Shown here one piece after another: positions 1-12,931 of a DNA stretch of 64,000 nt. A program made the position numbers and the translations under genes. This stretch comes from Lepidodermella squamata. Lineage: Eukaryota; Animalia; Gastrotricha. The DNA lies in contig JBLDXI010000020.1 in NCBI GenBank assembly GCA_047495785.1, positions 2,046,001-2,110,000 of the forward strand, read 5' to 3'. Every line of letters starts with the position of its first letter. Position 1 is the stretch's first letter. The notes beneath the pieces are model-generated. The model saw only the letters and a list, made by a program, of their open reading frames with translations, searched no databases and was not told the DNA's origin.

Positions 1-287
1 TCATGATTTTTCTAACGTGTGATCACTAAAAAAATGCATTTTATTTGGGCGAGAAGATGATGTAAAAGGGGCCTGGGTAATTTTCACATCCTGGTCGCCA
101 ATTTGCAGGTAAAAATATACAAAAAGACCACTTATTACAGCCTCACTACTATCTAGTCTAATACTACGTAACATTAATACCAACATTTTTCCAAATGTAA
201 GTGCAAGTTTAGGGGCGCCTATGGAACCTGAAACACCGGATATCGCTATCTACGTCACATGGATATCGCGAGAAAATGAATAAATAT

Positions 288-464
288 TATTTATTTATTT
301 ATCTGTGGGTGGGCGACAGAACGACTTGCCTATAATAGAAACAAATGGCGTAAAACTAATAAAATTGTGCACTTAACGTCGAGTGAGTCGATTTTCATTA
401 TAGGCCATTTGTTTCTATTCTAAGGAAGTCGTTCTGTCGCCCACCCACAGATAAATAAATAATA
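288..464. mobile_element. Short MITE-like inverted repeat
   Basis: ~60-bp arms: ttatttatctgtgggtgggcgacagaacgact..aatagaaacaaatggc (~288-349) is the near reverse complement of gccatttgtttctatt..agtcgttctgtcgcccacccacagataaataa (404-464). Confidence 0.75.
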
Positions 465-1969
465 CTATAAATAACGCTAATTTAGACGAAAATTGTTTAA
501 TACGCAGACTGGTCGAAACCGGACCATATTTTGGGTGGAGAGGTTCGAAATGATCATTTGTATTGTCTAAACCGGACTAGTCGTACAAACCGGACCGATA
601 TGGCGGTCTGAGTCCGGTTTCCGGTTAGACATGAAAATGGCCGATTTTACTGAAGATTTTGGAGAAACATCCACGCACCCGGCACCTCAATAAAAAGTGA
701 ATTTTTTTAAATCGGCCAATCACCCGGGATATATTGGCATCGTTCAATCGTTCAATCACATAAAAATGTATGCCTTGAATGATTTGAAAGCTCGGAAAAT
801 GTGTAAAATCCTAAAATCAGCGTTATATTTACCGGTAAATGCTTCGGACTCGGTCCAGTAGGCAATAATCAGGAATTCATCTATCTCGGACCAGTTTGAT
901 ATTTTCGCTGGCGAAGATTCAGCTGATCAACTCTAGCTAAGCTATACGCGCATCGAGAAGTTCCTGCTATTAGGGAACTAAACTGCGGTAGGTTTACAAT
1001 CCAGATTCGGGCTAAAATGTCATTGGCTGGTTTGTCTCCCATCTGAATTGACGAAAACTGTTTGATCTAAATGAATAGCTGAAAACGATCTCACAGAAAA
1101 CGGTGTGCTCAATTCCGGGCCCATTAGTTCCGTCCGGCCTCCAAGCGTCGGTTGCGCAATAAGTCGGAATTAAGCATAATATTTTTACCTGCAACATAAA
1201 AATCTGAGCTTCATCACAGTAAACATATCAGAGGTTCATGCTACATCAGGTAAAGCAACACGGGCGAGTTCCTATTCGTCTTGCTGAGACGAATGAAATA
1301 ATACCAAACGCAAAATATTTTAGATTGAGGTGGCCAAAATTAGGGCAGCCGTTTCTAATTCCGTCCTGGGTGACAACAAAATTAACCATAAATCAAGCTA
1401 AATTCGTCCGGACTTGCAAAGACCGACGCACTCGATAGCCCAATATAACTCCTCGAAATTTATTTCTTCTTCGATTTTTTCAAAAGATTCACTTGGCTGG
1501 CAAAGTGCGACAAACCTAGCCGAAATGAGCGCGAGGTGCTAATTGGGATGTCCATCTTAATCGGAAGTTTTGCCCTGCTTTAAAATCTTCAACGAACCTT
1601 TCAATTTTTTTTATTCGATTTGACCTACTAGCAAATTCAGGTGTGAAATATATCTGCTATTAGATTTCTATTTATGTCTATGGATTTCAGCCTTGATTAT
1701 TTACAACAACTCGCCCTGATCGCGTTGTGGCTAATTCAACCGTTGATGCGGATTAATGATTCGGCGGGGCGTGAATTTTCGAGGATATAGTTCAAACCCT
1801 TGATTCCTATAAGTTATCGCTCGGACTTCGCCAGGCCCAATTATCGTCTAGGGTTCCAAATTATGAGTCCGTAAGTTCGTTTAAACCAAATCCAACCGCA
1901 CTGTTTTTCGGCTACATCTCAGAGACTATTTGAATATTATATTAATGTTATTTAAACAGATTTTGTAAG

Positions 1970-3537
1970 ATGAGTCTCGGCAATGAAAGGAGGCCTATCA
2001 GCCATTGCGCTGAATCTGAGGAATTTTCGACCGACTCGTCCGAATGTAAAAAAATTCAGAAAATTGCTTATTGTCGCCCCATTTTGAAAATCGATCGAAT
2101 GTTAAGCGACGACGTCATGCATGCGGAAACTACTCTGCGCGGCCTTGTCACCGCATCTACTGAACTTTGGCCTTACGTTATCAAGGTATGAAGTCAGCTT
2201 ATTATAGATTTCGTCTTTCCCGAAACCTTTTTATATAGAAAATGCATGAAAGCGCCAAAATAATACCCTAAAATCAAATTACCTCCTCAGATTTAATTGG
2301 GACATTTTTCCAATGTTTTGTAATTCAGAATTTATGGGAAAAACCAAATGATCGTTGATTACTTCCGTTTGATATTTTTCTAAAATACAGGAAAATCTAC
2401 AAAAATAATTTCTTCAATTATTATTTCCAACATTTAGGACATGGAGATGAATGCCCCTGAAATCGACCCGAACATTGACCCCGACCTGCTTTGGAAATCA
2501 GCAATGAGCGATTTCAGGTACACTCTTGGCCCAGCCGCGTCTTTTGCTCGGAAATTGCCTGGTAACGCACTTTTCCAGTTCATTTCAGTATCATCGCTAA
2601 AAGTTCAATTTAAAAAATCTAATTTTAAATTTTGAGATATTTTATGCATAAAATTATCGACATGCAGCATCGCTAATTAACAAAAATTAGCGCAGTTCAA
2701 GTCTTAGAAAACCTGATTTTCGAGGGTATTGTGATGATAGCAGACCCTTTTAGCATCAAATTCGAAACAATCATACCTAATTTTCGCAATTCTCAGGATT
2801 TTCAGTTGTCCCTACATCCGATCGATGTTTTCTATTCAGCCGAGCGTTGGTGCCGCTAATCGTCGCACAAATGTCACTTCCTAAACTGCAATTTCTTCAA
2901 CCATTCTTCGGAATGACAGACACGAGCCGAACAGTATTCTTGAAATTTTTCCCTAATTTCACGGTAAATCAGCTTAATTTTAGAATTATTTTCATTTATT
3001 ATTCCTTATTTTTGTAGCGATTCAGTGACAAAATTGACGAAATTGTCCAGGTCCTGCGGGCATGGAATCCGGTCGATGCCGAGGTTGCGATTCTGGCTTC
3101 TTTCATTTTTTATCAAGGTATTTGAGAAGCAAATATTTACCAAGCGAAATTATTTATGATTTTTCTACAGAAGAGCTTCAGAACTATCTGATTCACCCTA
3201 ATTTGGTGCTTAATATTAAAAAGCGCCTCAAGGTAGTTTTGCAAGCTGTTCAGGGTCGGCTGCCGAACGCTGATCTCAGGGTATTTGAACTCGAAATTAA
3301 TTATAAATGAGTCTTTCCAATCGAATTTATTGTCTCAAGCTGCGTCACTTTATGCACTGCTACGATTTGCTGAGGCTAGTCGATCAGTGCTACCTGGACG
3401 GCGCGACGGAGCTGATGCGTAGCAAAAAATGTATAGCTCAAGACAACGTTTACGCCGAATTGTACGCTCAGCCTAATAAAACCAGCTCAAACAGCCGTTT
3501 CGACCATCTCATCACTTACCTGTCGTCTAGAACGTGA
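1970..3537 (+). CDS. Nuclear receptor LBD-only protein, copy 1 (~304 aa)
   Basis: Exons 1970-2185, 2438-2561, 2797-2963, 3018-3117, 3171-3280, 3340-3537 join in frame. LBD signature FARKLPGFSVVPTSDRCFLF, H8-9 WNPVDAEVAILASFIFY, H10-11 LRHFMHCYDLLR, H12 VYAELY. A possible micro-exon 1863-1870 adds MSPFCK. No zinc finger. Confidence 0.85.
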
Positions 3538-4908
3538 ACATCGTTATTATTTCGCAAAAATCGCTCAAAACAAGAAAAACTCAAATATCTCGAATTGTCG
3601 GAAAGAAATGCGTGGATGTAAATAAAATAATAAGTTGACTAGCCAGCTTAATAATAATCGACAAACAAAATACATTTATTTATCTATCCTACTTTTGAAG
3701 TGCTGCTTGTGCAGGCCTTGACGCCAGGAATAATCAGGAGCATAACATTATTAAAACAAAAACATATAGCGATGCCGTCTAGCGCAAGGGTGTTCGTAAA
3801 CAATAATGGTCAACAAGGCTTTATTGGCTGTGAAAAGTAATTCAGACCAAGGGGCTGCTCTGTCGCATGTAAGAGACAAGCCTTATAATCCGACCTTAAC
3901 GCAGCGCTAAACCAAGTATTATACTTTATAGAGCTACTTGCTTTCAAAAAATTGCACTCCTCGTGGAATAATAATTTAAATAAAATTAGAATTAGTAGGT
4001 CATGTCGCTGGCGGCGTTGAACTATTTAATATGTGCAATGAATCATCAGAATAGCGCGGCCGAAAACACGCATTCCATAACAAGCTTTTGTTCACCTTAA
4101 CACTAAATCTGCACGCGACCTTAAACTCGCTTTCACAAATTCTGTATCCGAGGTCACGTGGCCCTAACCTGCTTATTCACCCTCATGTAAAATTAATCCT
4201 GTTCGATTGATTGCGTGAGATCCTAAATATTAATCGATCATCGACAAACGCGGTGTGTCAATATTCGTTATTCGCCACTTTTATTCATTGATCGAAACAG
4301 CAAAACTCTTCATTTATATAAAACACCTTTGCTAACATCACTCATATTTTAAATTTGTCGAGAAAAATAAGTGCACGAATGCGCTAATTATTTCTTTTTA
4401 GTCTTTGTATTTTTCATATTTTTGTAGTTTAAATTGCCTGTTATTTAGTAATATCTCGAGACTATAGGCCGCCGTGATACTTTTGTATTATATTATATTA
4501 TGAGCAAATAATATAATAAATACACGTCTATAACTAGGTCACGTGTTTTTAAACATGAATTCACGGCGCTGATAGTAATATATGAAGGAGTACACATAGC
4601 ACATGCGCGCTGCTTCATTGATTATTTTTTGCTCTCACGTACAAACACACAGTATAAAATATGTTGTGAAGCTTATTCTCTGGCATTCAGTATACGATGA
4701 AAAACGAGAGGAAAGAAGTAGAATATTCTCCTGGTTTCTAGCCTAGTTTTTTCGTCGCGATATCAGAGTAATTTTTCATCCGCGGCGCATTAGGCTTGAT
4801 TCTAATATCGCACGTGCTTAAAAAAATTGGGTCAAGATCCACAAATTCACCATTTCTCGATTATTCTTCATTATAGAGAAGATTGATTTCGATTAATTTT
4901 TGAACTCA

Positions 4909-6172
4909 ATGCCTGGAAACGGTGATTTGAAACGTCGGAAATCTGATAACGACGCTGTCGATTTTAACGATGAAAACAGCCTTACTTCAGCCATGTCAAC
5001 AGCCTCTTCTCCAGCGGCAGAAAACGACGGCAGGGCAAGCTCTTCGTCCCCGTCTGGGGTGGTTGCATTATGCCGGCCAACCTTACACCAACCGCTGCCT
5101 GACCCTCTTGCTGCCAACAACGAGCGAACCCTCAAAAGTTTGTACGAGGCATGCACGGAACTTAAGGCTTACTCGAGCAATGTAACTATTCAAAAATGAA
5201 TTTTAAGGTGGATTTTTGTGCAATTCTTCTACTAGGAAATGCTGTTGAAAGAAGCAATCCTCGACGACGCCACTAATCTTGATAAAATGTGGCAGAACAG
5301 TATGAAATTGTTCCGCAAAAACACCGAACCCGCCCTTGCCTTTATCCAGCGGCTTCCAGGTTAAATTTCTCAGAACATTCGAGATTTTTTCTATGTTATG
5401 ATGACCTACTTTTTGCCGAACACAATACAGGAGTGCGTGCGATGCCAGATGCCGACCAATACACGTTATTTGCCCAGTCTTTCATACCTTTGATGGTAGC
5501 TCAGCTAGCTGAGCCTGGAATGTCAGACTACGTCTTCTTCGGATTGTCCAAGCAAAATACCAACATTTTTCTCCGGCGATTTCATCAGTATGAAGTGAGT
5601 GCATTTTTAGACCCCATTTTTCACTTGTCAAAACGCTATAATTTATATAGCGCATGCACTAGGTCTTGATCAAATAAAAAAGGGGTTTTAACAAATTTTT
5701 CTCTGGTTACAGCCAGTTAAGAATCAAATGGATGAAATCTGTGGGGTTGTCAAGCAATGGAATCCATCGCCGCCTGAACTTGCGATTCTTCGTGCTTTCA
5801 TTTTCTTCAGAGGTAAGTCGTGACCCAATTATCGCTTATCACTTGATAACGTATTCTGTTCTCCCAGAGGAGCTTGGGAACAATTTGCAAAACGCTGGTA
5901 TGGTTCACATGTTGTCGAATCGGTTGAAATTGGTGCTGCTCAGTGTGTTGGATAAAACGAACGATCGAGATCTGCGCCTGCGTCATTTTATGCGAGCCTT
6001 TGACCTACTTCGATCGGTTTACGACACTTATCTCGAAAGCGCATCATCGTGTTGCAACCACCGCACAGACATTCGTATCGACCCTCTCTACGTCGAACTA
6101 TTTCTGAAAAATCGCATCCCTTCGCGGAAACGAACAGTCGATGGGCAGATAATATTAAAACCTAACGCCTAA
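4909..6172 (+). CDS. Nuclear receptor LBD-only protein, copy 2 (~321 aa)
   Basis: Exons 4909-5181, 5236-5359, 5431-5594, 5713-5812, 5868-6172. Motifs FIQRLPGVRAMPDADQYTLF, WNPSPPELAILRAFIFF, LRHFMRAFDLLR, DPLYVELF. In-frame TAA at 4894 upstream of the ATG. Confidence 0.88.
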
Positions 6173-6673
6173 TTAATCTATATATAATTTAACGATATTT
6201 TCACCTTCTTCTTTTCGCGTATTTCCGGGGGAAAAGATATACTATACTTAAAGAAATACCTCGTTAACAGTTTTCTTTCTGCAAAGCTGATAAAAGTTGT
6301 TGACGATACAAATCGGTTTCAGATTGACGAAAAATAATAAAATAAAATGAGATCGTAGCTGTTTCATTTATTGACACGATTCTGGAGACACAGACAACCC
6401 TTCTGAAAACGGACCAGGCGTCAAATGGCGGCTGCAACCGGGTTAAGAGTGATCAAACAACTGCCAGACAAAAAATCGAGCGTTCATATTTGCATTGCAC
6501 CCTTAGAAAATAATGAGAACACACGTGACGATGAGCGCGCGTTGAATTGGGGTCCCCAGACGCTATGATGAAAGGCGTCCGCTGAAAACATGGTGTTCGT
6601 CTTTAATAAAAACTTGCCCTAATATCAGCTGGTCGGTGCTGGGACAAAGTCTTGCCAAAAACAAAAATAGCGT

Positions 6674-6702
6674 GTGACGTCGACTGATTAGCTTATATAA
6701 AC
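6674..6702 (+). promoter_or_regulatory. Putative core promoter of copy 3 (CRE-like TGACGTC plus TATA box)
   Basis: gtgacgtc at ~6675 and tatataaa at ~6694, ~50 nt before ATG 6748. Confidence 0.4.
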
Positions 6703-6747
6703 TTCCGGTTTTGAACTGAAATTGCGAATTGCATAAAATTAATCGCA

Positions 6748-7850
6748 ATGTTTATTGAAAATACTCCGGATTTAAAGCGGCTTGATACCAAGAAATCCCT
6801 TCCAATGGCCAAAGCTGCATGCATTCAACGACTGCCGAAGCGCAATGGCGTCGACCGATTCAACGTTCAACGAGTTTCGCTACCTGGACCTGTTCAATCT
6901 TCAAAGCCCAGCATTCCATCTATCGATTTTACGGTCCGATCTTTGCTAAGAATGGCCTCTAGCAATATACTTCGACTGGTACGTATTGAAAATTACTGAC
7001 AAAAATATTTTATAGGAAAATAAATGTTTAGGATACGCATCGAGTTCCAACTGAGGGTGAAGATGCAATGAGCTATTTCTTTGACTCGTTTGAAAACGGC
7101 CTCTTTCACATTCGAAATTTCGCTCGTCAATTACCCGGGTTCAACTTGTTGCCGAATGAAGATCGCTGTTCCATGTTTGCGGCTTCAATAATGCCGATTT
7201 TAATCGCTCAACTCGCGTATTCGACTCATCGATCTATTCCTAATTTTTCGAAACTAGCAGAATTTCTCGGCGTTTCACCTGATGCTTTTTCTCAAGTTGA
7301 CGCGGATGTTGAGGAAATTTGTCGAGCGATTTCGAGCTGGAATCCATCGCCAGCAGAATGGGTGCTACTTCAAGCGATGCAATTTTTCCAAGGTTTGACT
7401 TCGTTTTTTCTTCTCAATTTTAAATATTTTATTTTCAATTTTAGAACCAATTAAATTGTTAGCTCTTCGCAACATCGGCGAGGCAGAGGTGATACATCAG
7501 CTTCACGAAAACTACAAATCATTGCTTCTCGAATACCTGAAATCTACACTGAATGATCAGTTCGACTTGAAGGTAGAACAAATATTTTGAACTAGGGCGG
7601 ACAAAAACAAAGTTTATTCTTAAATTTGCAGCTGCGCCATTTTGTCCGTGTTGCCGATCTGTTGCACGTGTTCGCGCTCGACTACGCGAAAATCGCACCC
7701 CAATTATGTCAGTTATGCTGCGATGGCGGCAAAACTGGGTCATCGATTATTACTCACCAACAACATCCATCGACAATTCGCGATGTCCGGGCTCAGAATC
7801 AACTAATTCGGAGTCGAGTTTTCCACGAAATTTATTGCTATTCAATCTGA
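6748..7850 (+). CDS. Nuclear receptor LBD-only protein, copy 3 (~312 aa)
   Basis: Exons 6748-6978, 7032-7392, 7445(or 7463)-7572, 7632-7850. Motifs FARQLPGFNLLPNEDRCSMF, WNPSPAEWVLLQAMQFF, LRHFVRVADLL, VFHEIY. In-frame TGA at 6712. Confidence 0.85.
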
Positions 7851-9869
7851 TAAAGACAGCTAATTTTCTGCTCGAATTTTTCTTATTTACTGAATTCTCA
7901 GAATAAAAAAAATAATTACTACGAAATTGCGTTTTTAACGATCAATCGTCTGATTTCATCGAAGCGTAGTCGAAAAATTTCGTCATATTTATTTAACTGT
8001 AGTGCAGAGTTTCCGTGAAATCTAGACTAAGGCAATAGACCCGTTCATAATCTCCTTTATACCGACTTTTAAAATAATCGACCAAGGACAAATTATTCGC
8101 AAATGTTAGCTATGCGTGGGTAATCGATTGTTTTATAGCTAACATTGGACGTTCGAATAAATAATTTGCCGAACTCTCGCCAATTCCAGATCCATATCTG
8201 AGCCCCTGGTTATACTTCCCTCATCCTCGTTTCCTCAATGCGGTCTCCATGCCTGAGTGCTATAAGATAAATATTATGGCGGCGGCCATCATTCAGGATG
8301 AAATTAATTGGTTTTTGGTTTTATTTGGCAAAGAACCCCCTCTCCTCCCCCTTTCCCCCTACCGTAGGGTGGGGTAAGTTTGGAGATAGGTAACCATGTT
8401 TTTCGAGGAGCAAAAATCAGTCTTTATTCAGAAATTGATTATTTTTGGTACAAAGGTTTGTAAGGCGATTACCGATTCATCTATAAATTTTGGCGATTTT
8501 GCAATTTTTAACCGATTTTTGGCGATTGAAAACATTTATATGAATTAAGTTGGATTGTAGCAAAAAGACGGGGAATTTTTTTTTGCAAACTATTTTCCAA
8601 AAGAATTGTTTACAAAGAAGCTAGACCGTTTTTCGGGTTCATTCCGATTTTGATAGAGTTGAAGACAAATCAGCGCATGTTTTTATGGTTTGTCAAAAAT
8701 AGCAAATGCTGCTAGACGGATGTTGCCTGCTGTTATTATTTAGGGAGCTCGCGTGCTCAAAGTTCTTCTGTTCCTTGTTTTTCACTTTGAAAAAATTGCT
8801 TATAGTTAATAATTTACCTCAATTTTACCAACGTCTTTTTTCTTCAACATTTTATCATTTTTATTTCTGACATTTCTGCAAGCATTTAGCACCGAAAAAT
8901 TATGAAGAAGACAATAATTGTTAGCGAATGTTTAAACAGCTGGAATTTTCTTGAAAATTCTCCGAAAATAACTTTTATCTTTATAACGGCGTAAGAAAAT
9001 GATAGCTAGGTACGTATAACCCACATCTAAGTTCATACTTGGGCTTCAAAACTGTTATGAAACCCATGCTTGAACGAACTACACTTGAACCATCCAAACT
9101 TGAATTGTACTATTGCTAGGGTAAGCACATTAGCGTGCCAACATATTTTCCTTTGTATGAGCTGTTTCTAAGTTACCAGCGTAGGTTTTTGAGGTTTTTT
9201 CGACAAGCTTGGATTTATCTCTAAAATATAAAATCCAACAAACCTGACATCTCTCAACGACCTACCAGCCTTATTCAGCTTATAATTTGTCGTCCGAGTT
9301 GAATGTAGACAACTATAAGTGCGGTTTCTATTAGCGTTCACGGTACGTGAATAATTGCCCAAAATTGAAAAATTGTCCGTTTATTTTGTCACGCGGTTCA
9401 CGGAAAACGGACCTGTCCAATGTAAACTATTTATTTAAGATAGCTATATGGATAGCACTTCGCGCACATCTGATTGAACTTGATTTCCATGTTTTCAAAG
9501 GGGGCGAATATACGAATAAATATGTTGTTGCAACCTATTATTGTCCAATTGGAAAGTGTAACGCGCGCATGTCTATTAGGCGCGTTGTTTTTTAAAACTA
9601 CCTAATATTAACAAACGATGTAGGGGTAAGATAAAATCACACAAAGTGTGTTTACGATTTTGCATTATTATTTTTTGTATCATAGCTCAGTGTATTCATG
9701 TGAGCGCGCGAATGCACGGCGACTTTTCATTCCAGTAGTATCTTAGAGAAAGGCAGGTATAAAGGCACAGGTATTCAACAGCTCTATAGACTTCAATCTC
9801 TTAATTGCTCAGCGCGACCTATATGCTACTTTGTATTATACGTTTATATGCCGTCTATTGCGTGCTAAT

Positions 9870-10444
9870 AATTAATTCGGAATGACTGCTCGTACATATA
9901 TATGTACGCGATTTTTGCTGCTCGTACATATGATATGTACGAGATTTTGGCTGCTCGTACATATATATGTACGCGATTTTTGCTAGTCGTACATATATTT
10001 CAAAAATATTTCTGCTGAACTTTGAAATTAAATGGATTAATCAATTTTGATCGCAAATGTTCCAAATTTTAACCATATGTGCATCGAGGCGTGACCAACC
10101 TCCCCTCAAAGTTTGGCATGCATAGGGTGAATACCCATTATTAGCCAATCTGAAACCCGAAATTACCCGAAGTCGGTAATGTCCGGAACCATAACCGATG
10201 GGCGGGTAAAAGTTTGCAGGTGTGTGGAACCCTGTTAGAGGCATTTGCCCTCAAAAAATGAACTTGCCAGGATTGAAATTGAGTAATTGGCTGAAATTCT
10301 AAGTTTTCATTCGAATATATGTACGACTAGCAAAAATCGCGTACATATATATGTACGAGCAGCCAAAATCTCGTACATATCTTATGTACGAGCAGCAAAA
10401 ATCTCGTACATATATATGTACGACCAGAGTCACTCTAATTAATT
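9870..10444. mobile_element. Foldback-like non-autonomous element with modular palindromic TIRs
   Basis: Arms ~9870-9998 and ~10314-10444 are reverse complements, each built of ~3.5 units of ~32 bp containing the palindrome CGTACATATATATGTACG. Confidence 0.8.
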
Positions 10445-10988
10445 TTAGCTCAAGCCGAGTGACCTTTCTTCCAAAGCAGTATCAAGTCATTATGCAAACA
10501 TGGCATTTCTCGCAGCTTTCGGCAGTCATAGGTCTTCTTCACGAAAAATTTGTTCTAGCTAGAAGCTGCCTTAAAAAATCCACTTTCAGCTTAATCGATC
10601 TAAATTTTCGAATATTGTCTGGAAAGTAGGGCGCGACCACAACTCATAAGTCAATATTCGACACTTGTTAACGTCATTAATTCCTATAACAACGTTGATA
10701 TATTTCATATGGCGCACTCGTGTCCGACTTTAACATGCCGAATCGATCGATCCGAATGTATAGTAAGTATAGAGTTATGTGTATGTGTTTTCGCACTCAG
10801 TTTTGTATATATAATGCATTATTTTACCACTTTACGTGTGGAAGTTGCTCTAGCTACCTTTGCAAATGCGTCGCTTATAAAGCGTGAGAATATTCGATTG
10901 AAATTTGAGTAATGCTTCCGATATTTTCTTATTTTAAATCACTTTTGAATAGATGCTCCACTGTTAGAAAAAATAAGGCCGCAATAAT

Positions 10989-12094
10989 ATGTCTGAAAGA
11001 GAGGATGTCGACGAGAACTCTATCAGGTCAGTGTCGACCCTTTCATCAGCAGATTCGACCGAGTGCGGCCGACCTACCGCAGTTTGTGCCCCATTTCGGG
11101 TCGCCAGCGAAATTAGTTCGATGGCCCATCAAGACGCCATAAATGCCGAGCAAACACTCCACAGGCTGGTTAAAGCATCTCGAGAGCTGGTCACATTAGA
11201 AGGCCCGGTTTGTCCTAATTATTGAAATTGATCTATAAATTTATTGAATTAATTTTCTAGGATATGGTCGGAAGCGTCGGCCTGATGGACCCTAATTGCT
11301 CGCATCTAAAAATGTATGCCGATTTGATGAAAAATTTTCGTCAAACCATCGACCCAGCTATGAGATTTCTCGAACAACTACCAGCTTACTCCGCCCTTGC
11401 GCAACGCGATCGAGCTTTACTATTTTCCCGGTCTTTCCTACCTTTTGTCGTCTGCGAGTTGTGTTTGCCGGCTAATAATAAGAATGCGTTTTTCGGCTTC
11501 AATGAACACAATCGAATGTTGACAATGCGACTCTTCCCCGAGTATGAATTATTCGGCGAGGTTATCGAAGAAATTTGCCATGTTTTTAACATCTGGAAAC
11601 CTACCCAGTTCGAAGTCTCACTTTTACTGGCTCTATTATTTTATCAAGCAGGTTTGTTCCATTATTTATGTGGATTTTTCATTATTTCGAAATTTTTAAA
11701 AAATATTTAAATTAAATTAGTTTAAATATGCATACATATTTTTTAATTTGTTTATTTTGTGTTGATATTTTTAGAACTGGCGAGTGAGCTTGCTAATCGC
11801 GTGATTGTACTCAATGTCATACGCCGTCTGAAACTAGTTCTTGTCTCCTCGTTGTCCCGGTTTGATAGACACACCTCCGATTTACGCCTACGCCATTTTA
11901 TGCGCGCCTACGACCTCATTCGATCGACACCCATCGTGTATCGCGATATTGCTTCAGATATTTTTAACCGGTTACATACCCGACAGCTACCCATCGACCC
12001 GTTATACATGGAACTGTACGTCAAGCAACACCGGGATACTACTCATTTGAATCGGCTATTCGCAGCTTCGCCACGGACTATTGTTCAGTCTTAG
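10989..12094 (+). CDS. Nuclear receptor LBD-only protein, copy 4 (~309 aa)
   Basis: Exons 10989-11207, 11261-11651, 11775-12094. Motifs FLEQLPAYSALAQRDRALLF, WKPTQFEVSLLLALLFY, LRHFMRAYDLIR, DPLYMELY. Confidence 0.88.
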
Positions 12095-12931
12095 CAATAT
12101 AAAAAAAAGATATTTCGTGCAATTAAATTCACGGTAAAATAATAATATTGTATAATATAAAAAAATCGAAACAGCACATGTGGTTCGTTAAACGTTGTTT
12201 TCACTTTTTATTTGATAAAATGAAAATGTCTGCCTGCGACAAAATAAACGAAACAAATATTAATTTTTTTGTTCATTTCGGACACAAGTGTGAGAGCTAA
12301 CCTGCGAGTGATCGATCATAGTTATGAACAACTGTCTCTTGCTAATACTTGGGTCACATAAAATGTCAATTTTCCCAAATTCAAAGCATTTTTCGAATTT
12401 TCTCGAAGCTTTTTTATCGAGGCTTTCGGCCGAACACAACGTTTATTGCATAAAATTTCCCGTCTCTTTAGCTTTCGAATGGCACAAGGTCCGAGGTGAT
12501 TGGAGAAATACTTGAATTTCAAGAAATTTTATAAACAAGGCAGCTCAAATGACAATTTTGTACTCCCTCATATCTCCCTAAACTAAAGACAGATCGGGAA
12601 TAATTGTGCATGGCATTCACATAGCGTTGCTCCCTTGGTTGTTATCGAAAGAAAATGAAGATCCTATAATTGGTTTTTTTGGTCATGGTGAAAATTTTCG
12701 TAATTTTGGACAAAATATAAACATGCGGCTATTCAAAATTCCAATTTTTTCTTAATTTTGAAAAAAACAGGTGATGCGTCATCTGTTCATAATTTTTCCG
12801 AAATTTGACCCGAGGTCAATAAAAACTAAAAATTCACAATGCCCATTCCGTAAATGCGGATGAGCGTCTAATATTACCCGCTAATTGTCCAGCTTTACTC
12901 AAAAATTTTACAATAATCGTGAATCACCTTC

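Noticed and set aside
9883-10432. CRISPR-like array of ~32-bp palindromic repeats
   Set aside because: Units are contiguous with no unique spacers, form inverted arms, and the DNA is eukaryotic with no cas genes
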